From assembly GCA_964016885.1 (NCBI GenBank), contig OZ024743.1, forward strand, positions 150,598,001 through 150,662,000: a stretch of DNA of 64,000 nucleotides, in the 5' to 3' direction. Position 1 is the first letter of the stretch, and each line of letters starts with the position of its first letter. The position numbers were made by a program, and so were the translations under genes. Of this stretch, positions 1-10,925 are shown piece by piece. Below the pieces are notes generated by a model. It was not told the origin of the DNA and made no database searches. It worked only from the letters and a program-made list of their open reading frames with translations. This DNA is from Eledone cirrhosa. Taxonomy: Eukaryota.

Positions 1-2404
1 TATGAGGAGTTAATGTACATACCTTGTCATTTGCATTAGAATTATATGTAAAGAAAAAAAGGCTTGAAAGAAATCTATAAACCAAAAATAATCAAAGGAA
101 ACATTAGAAATACTATTGTCTATTTATTAAGAAATAATATGGTAGCACTCACAAATCATTATGATATAAAGATATACAAGTTGTAGAAATATTTCAATGA
201 TATAAAGGAATTTTAATTTCATGTTTTATTATTGAAGCTGATAAAGAAAGATCTTCAAGTATTTAAAGATTAATAAGAATGGTTAGCAATAATCTTATGG
301 AAATAAATACTGAACTATACCTTACTCAAATCAAAGACATTTAAACTTATCTTACAAAAGTTGTCTATGTATTTTTGTGAAATAAATAAAATAAGAAATT
401 AAAACCTACAATGCTGAAAATACTGCACTAAACTGAAACTGTGAAACAGATATTGTTCTTTAACAGCAAAATAAATCTATTTCAGAAATCAATTCCACGA
501 ATTAGCTAGTTGGAAAATAATAATATTTGTAAATTTAATATTATTTTTAAATATATCAATAATTGTCAAGTGGTTTAGGAAAGCCTGGAAAAAGTTTTCC
601 GAATTAGGATCAAGCCAAATTTAAGCCTATTTTGGATTTTAAAATCCGATAGATTCATTTCTAAATGAAATTACAAAGAGATTGGAAATCTGAAATAGGT
701 TTTACAAATATTTATCAACTGAAAATAGTAGCAGTTCAATTATGACAGTATGTATAAATATTAAATATGTCTAAAACAACAATACAAACGTATGGTTTTT
801 AAATTTAAGACACATTAAATTTTATTATTCAAATACATATGTATTATATATATACACACACATGTGGAGAGGGTTGTACATATACACACATATATATATA
901 TATATTGACAGAGAGAGAGAGAATGGAAGAATGATATGTATGGGACAGATAAAGTTATTTGAATTTATAGAAATTAATTTAAAAATAGTTCTTTAAAAGC
1001 TTGAAAATGTTTAAAATTTTAGAAGAATATGTCAAGAAGAAAGCAAGTGTAATTGAAATAATAAAATTCATATGGTAATATATGAACTTTATTTTAAAAT
1101 ACTTTAAATGTTTTTTATATAATTGTCAATATTAATAAATTTTAAGTTGTCATATAGTTAAAATATTCATTTCTTAGAATAAAAAAAAATCATCAAATGA
1201 TTAATTCTCCTTCATTGGAAATATAAATATATGGAAATATTTTCTAGTATTATTACATTCACTGCAAGGATGCTTTATATATTAAATAAACCCCAGTACT
1301 TGACTGGTAGTATTTTGTTTTCAGTCTCAAAAGGATGAAAGACAAAGTTGACCTTCACAAGATTTATCAAGAGTGTAAAAGGTTGTGATTAAATACTCCA
1401 AGCATTTTGTCTGATGCTCTATCTATTCTTTCTAGAGAAAGAAAATAGGAATTTTGTAAAACATAAACATTATATCTAACCTAGAGCAGCTAGGTTAATG
1501 CTACATTACCACTTATATATGGTGATGGCTTAAAATTTAGAATATCTTCTTGCCTGTTTATTCCCAGGTATCACTTGATCAAGTAGTTCTATGATCAAAG
1601 GCGTTCCAGTTGCAGCCATCTCATCTATTCAGTCAGTACTGACTTGGAGCTTAACAACAACCAACAATGTATTTCTCTGTCATCATATTTCCTGTTGGTT
1701 TAGCTTAATATACAAAAGAAATATCCTCCTTCAGAATATACGAGTACAACAATGAAACATGCATGAAATTTAATAATTTACTCATAGACTTTAGTCTTAC
1801 TTAGACTGTAATGACTTTGTAAGCCAAACCCATTTCTAAACAGATTGCATTTAAAAAGGAAGGGATATGAAAGATATATTTGAATAACTTAAATCATTTT
1901 TTTTATTTAGCAAGATAACTCTTAGAATGTAATAAACAAATTGGTTTGCTCTGAAATATTTATTTTTTATTGATTCCTTATGCCAACTCTATAAAACTTT
2001 TATTAAAATTTGGATGAAGCCCAATATTTTGATTTATTTTAATATCTGCCAAATGAGAGGGAAAAATAGAAGTAAAGTACAGGCTCAGTCAGCCCTTATT
2101 GATTTATTATGAAGAGCTTAACAGAAATTGAACTCTTGGATAAAATCATATTGCTTTTTATTTTAGTGAACAGGATGAGATGAACAATTGAATTATTTAG
2201 TAAGAATAACATAAATAATTGGAAAAGCTGATAAGATCTTCAAGTTTATCAATCCCATAACAAGACCATAACTTTTAAAATTGGAATAAAATATGGAATT
2301 TTTTCATATTCATTTTGTGGTGAAACAAATCAAAAGAAACTTTTGTTAATTGCATATTTTATTGATTTATTTCCAAATAAAAAAAGATACTAACTTTAAT
2401 AATA

Positions 2405-2596
2405 ATAATGAATAATGAAATTATTGTGTACAGTGCTCAGGTGCACTACAACTCATCAAAGGTGCATGTATAGTACATAGAATAATATACAAATGTCAGG
2501 GAAGTGAATAGTGTATGAGTCATGATATACATGTGTGCGTGTGTATCAAGGGGGAATATTAGGTGTAGTGTTGGCGAATCTCAGGAAGCATGGGGA
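2405..2596 (-). mobile_element. 3' end of a CR1/L2-like LINE with (ATT)n tail
   Basis: Minus strand reads PMLPEIRQHYT-stop, then a short UTR ending gttgtagtgcacctgagcactgtacacaataa and an (ATT)n tail. Family assignment is by architecture only. Confidence 0.4.
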
Positions 2597-2897
2597 GAAA
2601 AAATTAATATAGACATAAATGTATGGTATATCTATTTTACCAAGCATAACAGTGCATCTCAGTTCTTAAATATATTCTGTTTTTAGTATCAGTTAAACTA
2701 TATACACATCTCTGTATCACCTAGTGAGAGCTCACTTTTAAAATGAGCTAATCAATTCCAGCTAGAGGAATTGAACACATAACTGAAATAATGATGACAA
2801 TGATGGAGTTGTGGTGTTGAAAATGAAACAGCATAAATGAAATCTTTACCAGAGTATCATCAATGAACCAAGTTGAGTTCATTATTTCTTAGAATAT

Positions 2898-3084
2898 GGG
2901 CGGTTGATTGGCAGTATCAGTAGAGGGTCAGACGCCATGCTTTGACGCAAAGAGTTACGTCCCTTTGTGAACTGAGTTCAAATTGCGCCGAGGTTAACTT
3001 TGCCTTTCATCCTTACGGGGTCGATAAAATAAAGTACCAGTAATGAACTGGGTAATTGCTGGCCTTGTGCCAAAAGTAGAAACA
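2898..3084 (+). mobile_element. tRNA-derived SINE, family A (Meta-domain-like body)
   Basis: A-box-like tggcagtatcagtag, B-box gagttcaaat, body gcctttcatccttacggggtcgataaaataaagtaccag. 17-bp TSD attatttcttagaatat at 2881-2897 and 3085-3101. Confidence 0.9.
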
Positions 3085-4699
3085 ATTATTTCTTAGAATA
3101 TCTTCAGTCAATTTATTTATTTTCATCATGAACTTAATGTTATATATTGATATTTGGTATGTACTGCATTTTGATATAATTATTCAGATATATTTATTAT
3201 AACATGTAAAAGCTTGTTTACTAATATCTAACAATTTTCATCATGTATAAAATCAGTTGATTTGGAAACAGCTATATTCAAAGTTTTTACTTCAATATAA
3301 ACTCCACCAAAAAGCAAGAGGAATTGTTGGAGTGAGTTAAAACAATCTAACCAAATAAATATCAACATACAGAAAATACAATAAATGATAATCATAAATG
3401 TTGCAATCAGTGGAATCATAAATCAATGTACAATAGGAATATAATACCCAATATTATAATTTATATAAGTTATGCCCATCCATTGCAGGTCCTCCCAGAC
3501 TGCTGAGATTGGTATTGTGTTTAATGTTCAACAATTGAAGTTTGGTGTCTGTTGAAAAAAATATGATATGAACTGTGAGAGAATTTCAGAGAGCTAGTAT
3601 TTAGGAAGGAAGAATTTGATAAACTGTTTAGTGCTGAATCTGGGGAGACATGGTAAAGATGGTAGGACAAGAAAAGATAGGTGGGATAAATGAGCCTGGA
3701 TGCTTAAGGCATGCAGTTAACTAATTCAAATAAACAGATGCCATTATAGTAATGATAGGAGAGAAACAATTTATCTAAAAAAGAGCTAAAGTTTGGTTTA
3801 GGCAGCTGTGTTGCAATCAAGTTTTAAGGAGTATTGACTGTAGGGATGTGATCAGCAAGTATAGAAAAAAAACATATCCTTTTAAACAGTATTTTAGGGG
3901 AAAAGTCAGTGAGGAAGGTGAGGGCATGAAAATGTTGTTTAGCCTCAAGTCAACCAGTCATGATCATCCTGCCTTTTTCCCATGTGTAGGGAACCCATGA
4001 CTACATTACCCAATATCCATTTTCAGGTAAGAGTTTGATTTGCAGTTAATTTATTTCTAATAAATTAAGCAATCATGTGGAACTTCACTCATTGGTTCAT
4101 GAACATGCTTGTATATAGGGGTGGTGATCACTTATAAATAGAAATTGCAGAAAATAAGAAGTATGAATGTTTACAAATTTCTGAAATTATTATAATTTGA
4201 TATTTATTTTTTATGTAATCCTTTAGAATATTCCAAACAAAGTGATATGCTTGACTATCCACAAGAATAAGACAGGATTGTTGCTGTTGTTTACCCTTAG
4301 AACAGCCCTGGTCAAGCAGATATATAATCAAAAATATTCTAGCTATCACCATCCTATATTTTCATATAAGACTATATTGTCTACTATTCCTGTGTTTTTT
4401 TGAAAGTGTGATTTAAATGAGACTGAACTGCTATTTCTAGCAGATTGCGTGACTACATAGGGCTGTTCTTGTCTTGCAACACAATAAAGACAGCATTGTG
4501 AGTAGTAGTAGGGAGAAAATGATGAGGAGAATGGGGAGACAGATAGAAAGTGGATGTATAGCTAAATAGATAGATATGGTTGGAGATAAGAGTTAAATAA
4601 TATAGAAGATGGGGAATAGCCAACAAGAAATGTATGAACTAATATATTAAGATTGATAACAGCGGGGAAACTTTAGTTACGATATTTTTTTCTATATAT

Positions 4700-4870
4700 T
4701 TTTTGTTACTGATTTCAATCATTGAACTATGAGGCACCACATTCAAAGGTTTATCAGATCAGATTAAGCACAACTCTTATTTTTCCAAATCCAGTACTTA
4801 TTTTATCGATCTCTACTTGTCCAACTGTTAGTTTACGAGACATAAACGAACATTGCCAATTGTTTAACAT
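4700..4870 (+). repeat. degenerate dispersed repeat (second copy at about 26930-27070)
   Basis: The two loci share gtacttatt(t/c)tatc(g/a)atctct, and both are followed by (CA)n. Confidence 0.45.
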
Positions 4871-4909
4871 GTACTCTTATTTACTCACACACACACAATA
4901 CACATATAT

Positions 4910-5830
4910 ATCATCATCATCATCATCATCATTTAAAGTCCATCTTCCACGCTACCATGGGTTAGACGGTTTTGTTCCATTTGATGCGGGAATAGTCGAG
5001 AGACCGTGTCTTGTTTGTATGGCAGTGTCTCTGGCAGGTTTTCTACGGCTGGATGCCCTTCCTAACACCAACCACATTTACAGTGTGGACTGGGAGCCTT
5101 TTTACCATGTCTCCTACACAACCACCTTACAGTGTGGACTGTTGTGTCATCGACACAGTAGATGGAATGGGAAAGGGAGGATTGGGTAGGGTGTGTGGGG
5201 TGTACATTAGGTTAAGAGGTGCCAACTGTAGGTTTGTATGCGTATGCAATGGCAGTCAGGCTTTCTGTAAAACTGCATGGTGCCAAAGATCTTGATCGAA
5301 CCAGTGGCAATCTCTTAGAGAGGTGTAAGTGAGCAAGGTCAGTTTTTATCACCTCGTCCCAGGTTTTTCTTGGTCTAACCACTCCGTAGCCTCAATTAAT
5401 TTTCATTGCCTTGCACTTTTATATACAGCTGTCGTCCTTCATACACACCACATGGCCATACCAACGCAATCTCCTCTCCAGAACACAACATTTGATACCC
5501 CTTATGCTTAGTCTCTGTCTCAATTCATTTATGCTTCACCGTTCGTGCACATTACTATTACACATCGATTGGAGCATGCAAACTTCATTCCTTTCTAATC
5601 TATGCAAGTCTTTAGCACACATCGTCCGTATACAAGCATCATACAATCTGTCTTCCACTTTTAGAGAAAAACTGCTTGTGACCAGCAGCGGTATCAGCTC
5701 TCTGAACTTTTTCCATTCGATTCTAACTCTGGCCACCACACTTTCAGAGCACTCTCCTCCACTGCTGATTTTGTCACCCAAGTAATGGAAAGTGTCTTCT
5801 ATTTCTATAGAACCATCTACCAAACATTGC
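4910..5830 (-). mobile_element. RTE-clade LINE 3' fragment with (GAT)n tail
   Basis: Reads IEDTFHYLGDKISSGGECSESVVARVRIEWKKFRELIPLL (RTE RT thumb). 3' UTR contains ggttggtgttaggaagggcatccagccgtagaaa; (CAT)n at 4910-4932. Confidence 0.85.
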
Positions 5831-5849
5831 TTACATGTCATTAGCCATT

Positions 5850-6092
<243 letters not shown>

Positions 6093-6280
6093 TTTCGTTT
6101 CTGAATTTGTTTAGCGAGATTCTTTATCTGAAAACGTGTGTTGAAACCGATATTGTTATACTTTGGGAGGGTCATGTTGTCAATGAGAAACACACGCACC
6201 AGTTGCTTTCACTTCAATTTAACAGATGAGTTCAACAACAACAACACAAATATATACGTCAACACTACGGTCGACTCTGA

Positions 6281-9200
6281 TTATCTGTAATACAACTGCC
6301 ACCTAAGTATGCCACATTCAATAAGGTAAATATGATTAGATGTTTGTCAGAAATAGAAAAATCATTTACAAAATTACGTTGGAGCCTCAAAAACAAAAAC
6401 AAAAACAAAAGTAACAACATACGCACACACATATACAACACACATCCCAACAACAACAGACACACAGACACAAACAACAATAACAACAACACACACATCA
6501 ACAATAATAACATACTCAGAAACAACAATAACAACACACACAACAATAATAACATACACGGAGACAACAACAACAACACACATCAACAACAGCACACATC
6601 AACAACAACAACAACAACAACACACACAGATTCAATGCCTCTCACCACCACCACAATCTTAACAAACACACAGACACAGAAAACAGGTAATGGCAGTAGC
6701 ACAGAAATAAGGGAAGGTAATAGGATTGAAAGGAGAAGGGAGACTATGGACAGAGAAAATAAACAAGACGAACACACAGACACACAAAATAGAGTAGATA
6801 ATAACAATGAGCCAGAGGAAAGAGACAGGAGTAATAATGAGAGACATAGAAACAACCATGAGGCCGTTGGTGGAAATAGAAATAGAAACAACACAACTAA
6901 CAATAACAATAGCACTAGTACACATAAAGCAGTAGCCTGGAACTCTACTTTTTATAATCCCTCTGATAAGTCGTTCGACCTGCGACGAGTACACGCCACG
7001 ACTTTAGCTTTTAACAAACACACGCAATTGCTGTCGCAGGTCGATAAACAAACAGAAGCACAATTTAGTATAGCTAGATCTAAACTTAGAAATATTATAG
7101 AACAGTATAGCAAGAAGCATAGAATGGAGGCCCAGCAACTGGGAGAAAAATCTACAAATGGCTTTCGTAAGCTCATGCAGCGCTCGCGTAATGGAGAGAT
7201 AGCATGTTTTCCAACAGACAAGTCTGGCAGAATGTCGGTTGACAGTCTGCCAAACTACATCCAGGCAATGCAACCCCACATCACTAACACAAGAGAAGTA
7301 ACACCACAAGAGCATGAGGATAGAGAAAAAGCCCTCAATGCCCATATGGTGATGTGGACAAATATAATGCAGCCCAACAAAAGGACTGCCAACAACTTCC
7401 AGGCCTGGAACAATGACGTGCCAGCGTTGTATGGGCTTCGAAAAGACCATAAAACGAGCAGTGACCCTGTAACGGGACCACCAACACGGCCAGTCTGTGG
7501 AGCTAACATTGCTAGTAACTACAGACTGTCCTACTTCCGCTCCCTGATCACACGCCCCATCATTGAAATGTCCCCAGATGTATGTGACAGCACGGAGTAC
7601 CTCCTCAGCAGAATCGGCGAGAGTAACCGATCTAGGGACCTAACAAACTGCATAATAGGTAGTATGGATGTTGTGTCCCTGTATCCATCTATTGACGTGG
7701 ATTTTGCTGTGGAGAAATGCGTAGAAATGATCAGTGAGAGCAATGTTGAGTTCCGTGGGATTGATACCAGTGAGCTGGGACTCCTGCTTAAACTTACCTA
7801 TAGTAATAATTATCTAGACACATATGACCTTAGTAACCTGTGCCCTACAAGACCAGCAAGAGGCAGACCACCTACCATTACCTCAATGGCCAAGAAAACC
7901 GACACAGATAGATGGAACGGGTGGACCAGAGCCATCCGGACCCCCGAAAACCACGATGAACCAAAGAAAATGATTGCACATGCGGTGGGGGCCAGCATAA
8001 AATTAACCCTTAAGAAACATATGCCCAAGAGGAGGGAGCAGCCATTGGTGTTAGCATTGCAGGCGACATAGCTAACTTATTCATGGTATGGTGGGACAGT
8101 AGACTTAAACTTAAACTTAAACTTAAAGAACAATTAGAAGACCCCTTAACCCTGATAATGTACTCCCGCTACGTTGATAATATAAACATCGTAGTTAAAA
8201 CACCCCCACTAGGGAACAGTCAGGAATTAGAGAAAAACACAATGGAAAGCATCCAGCAAATAGCTAACTCCATCCACCAGAGTATTAGAGTTACTATAGA
8301 CTACCCAAGTAAACACCCGAACCATCGATTACCTGTACTAGACACAGAGTTCTGGTTAGATACCATTAATAACAAAAAACAAATCCTCCATTCCCATTAT
8401 GCCAAACCCATGACTTCCAAATATCTGATCCACCGAATCTCAGCTGTTTCGGACCATACCAAAATCAACATACTGATTGCGGATTTGGTACGGGTGATGA
8501 GAAACGTGTCCCGCATGTGGAACCCCGAAGAACTAGAGAGACACATACAACACTTCATCCACCGTATGCAGTTCTCTGGTTACAATCAGAGAGATAAAAT
8601 CAGAGTGTATAGAGGAGCCAGAACCAAATGGGAAAAAATGGTAAATAATGACACAAATGGGACCTGCCCCTTGTATAGGAGCAAATTTTGGAATAGAATA
8701 GAAAGAACTAGGAATAAGGCTAATAGAATAAACTCATGGTATGATAGCAATAAATACCAGAGTGTAATGTTCATCAATACAACCCCTAGAAGTGAATTAG
8801 CTTACAAATTTAGAAGGGCCCTAGATAAACATAAACTCAATATTAAGATAGTAGAAAGACCAGGTACCTCCGTAAAAACACTTATTAACAAGACATACCC
8901 TTTTCAAAGACCCCCTGTATAGATAAGAAATGTATAACCTGTAAATTAAGCCCCCATATTAACTGTAAAACTAGAAATGTAGTATATAGCATAAGATGTA
9001 CTGAAGGACAATGTAGAGACAAAAATATAGTGTACATAGGTGAGACAGCTCGTAGTGTAGGGGAACGGATAAATGAACACTGGCGAGACCTTCAAGATAG
9101 TAAAGAATCATCTGTACTCTACCAACATGCTAAAATAGAACATAAGGGTAAATTAGAGAACATAGAAATAAAAATAGAATTTACACACAGAAAAGACGCA

Positions 9201-9299
9201 ATGTTTAGACAAATCACAGAGGCAATAAACATAAAAGAATTACAACCAAAATTAAATAGAAAACATGAGTGGAACAGCAACATCACAACTTACAATTAA
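6281..9299 (+). pseudogene. PLE polyprotein (RT + Cys-rich linker + GIY-YIG endonuclease), disrupted
   Basis: Motifs in order: LPPKY...EKSFTKLRW; PTDKSGR; LYGLRKDHK...PPTRPVCGA; SMDVVSLYPSI; QEEGAAIGVSIAGDIANLFM (after a frameshift/deletion near 8025); RYVDN (catalytic D to N); LPVLD; after a frameshift near 8912, CIDKKCITCKLSPHINCKTRNVVYSIRC...C...YIGETARSVGERINEH...RQITEA...LNRKHEW. Confidence 0.92.
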
Positions 9300-9501
9300 G
9301 GATAAAATGAAAACACACACGCACATAGAACAAACAACCAACCAGAAACATGTAAATAAACAAATAAATAAACGAATATAAACACACACAGATACCTGGA
9401 TGTGGTGCACGCGCAGACTGAGCACACAACACACACACAGAAACAAGATTGGCGTAGGACAGAACAAAGGAGAGGCACAAAAATAAAGAAAAGAATCCCC
9501 A

Positions 9502-9544
9502 GTCACTGAAGAGGTCACAGAATGTGTGATGAAAGAACTTTGAC
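9502..9544 (+). ncRNA. minimal type I hammerhead ribozyme in PLE pseudo-LTR
   Basis: gtca-CTGAAGA-g-gtcaca(gaatg)tgtgat-GAAA-gaac-TT-tgac: stem I gtca/tgac, stem II, both core boxes and a minimal stem III. Confidence 0.7.
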
Positions 9545-9686
9545 AATATATAAACAACCATCTGGTTGTGGAACCAACCAACCGGAAATTTATAAATTCC
9601 TAAATTTATAAATTTATTATAATAAATTGAAGTGAAAGCAACTGGTGCGTGTGTTTCTTATTGGCAACATGACTCTCCCAAAGTAT

Positions 9687-9727
<41 letters not shown>

Positions 9728-9829
9728 CTCGGATTCCAAAAATTAATGTTTCTCAACAAATTCTAGTCAACAAAAGTAATGGTGTTTAAGTATAAAAAAA
9801 AATAAAAGATCAAAATACTCATAGATAAT

Positions 9830-10014
9830 TGTTTCTACTTTAGGCACAAGGCCAGCAATTACCCAGTGCATTACTGGTACTTTATTTTATCGACCCCGTA
9901 AGGATGAAAGGCAAAGTCAACCTCGGCGGGATTTGAACTCAGATCGTAAAGGGACGTAACTATGCTAGAAAGCATGGCGTCTGACTCTCTACCAATACTG
10001 CCAATCCACCGCTC
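9830..10014 (-). mobile_element. SINE family A
   Basis: Reverse complement of 2898-3084. 18-bp TSD aaaatactcatagataat at 9812-9829 and 10016-10033. Confidence 0.9.
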
Positions 10015-10709
10015 AAAAATACTCATAGATAATATATTCACATATGTTGTTTAGCCCTAGGTTATCTCTGATGCAGTTGGCCTATGATCAGGGCACTCAA
10101 AGTTGATGGAAACTACAGAAGAGGAAGACCTAGGAAAGTTTGGGATCATGTGGTAAAAGTTGACCTCATGCAATTAAGCCTCATGAAGGATATGATTGCT
10201 GGCAACTCACCATACTACAGCAGATCCACTTTTCACATTTACAGAATAAAAGGATCCTAGAGAGGACAGTAGTGAAGAAGCAGAGAAGTAGTACAACTCT
10301 CCTACTCACTTATTTTAGCTGAACTTTACTCATCCAATTGTTTTCAGCATGCAAAGACATTCCCTTATAGCCCAGCTCAACCCATACCATAACAAATGCG
10401 CCCCATCCCTTTAACATTTTAACCATCTCAACATGGAAAGCCCCGCCTCATAACCTGTTAAAATCCTTAGATGCTGTTTGGAAATGTTTACTTTTTTCTT
10501 CTTTTTTTAAAATGTTTACATGTACTAGAAATCAATTTTACAACTAAAACATTATTCAATTAATTTACTTAATAGAATGCTACATTTTATGGTCTATACA
10601 ACCTTATATACCTCATAAATAATATCACATTTTGTATAATACTGAGTATGATTTTGTCAATATTTTACAATAGTGTTTTGATTATAATTTTTCTTGTAAA
10701 TGAAGGTGA

Positions 10710-10925
10710 ATTATTAAAATTGGTAGACTGTTGGATAAAATGCCTTGAAATATTTGTTCTGGTTCTTTACATTCTAAGTTCAAGTTCTGCTTAGGTCAGT
10801 TTTGTCTTTCATCTTTATGGCATTAATAAAGCAGAGTACCAGTTACATACTGGTATTAATATAATCAACTAAACTCATCCCCTTAGAATTATGGCCTTAT
10901 ACGTATTTAGGTTAGAAATGATTGT
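10710..10925 (+). mobile_element. old degenerate SINE family A-related copy (others at about 1290-1430 -, 12010-12090 -, 37930-38075 +, 38385-38500 -)
   Basis: aagttcaagttctgcttaggtcagttttgtctttcatcttt...gagtaccag aligns by eye to the family A body. Confidence 0.6.

Larger units (their letters stand above)
6093..9694 (+). mobile_element. Penelope-like retroelement (Naiad-type), near full length, with inverted 5' pseudo-LTR
   Basis: RT plus C-terminal GIY-YIG ORF, hammerhead motif in the 3' pLTR, 72-bp inverted repeat (6150-6221 vs 9623-9694, 3 mismatches), (TA)n on both sides. Confidence 0.92.

Noticed and set aside
2898-2990. tRNA-like A/B boxes as tRNA genes
   Set aside because: No complete cloverleaf; they are SINE heads followed by a shared body, tail and TSD.
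6278-6280. In-frame TGA upstream of the PLE ORF as possible selenocysteine (some Naiads are selenoproteins)
   Set aside because: Better explained by a frameshift. The Cys codons of the linker and endonuclease are TGT, and no SECIS was recognised by eye.
6150-9694. 72-bp terminal inverted repeats suggesting a DNA transposon
   Set aside because: The interior encodes RT and GIY-YIG and the left repeat extends asymmetrically, typical of an inverted PLE pseudo-LTR.
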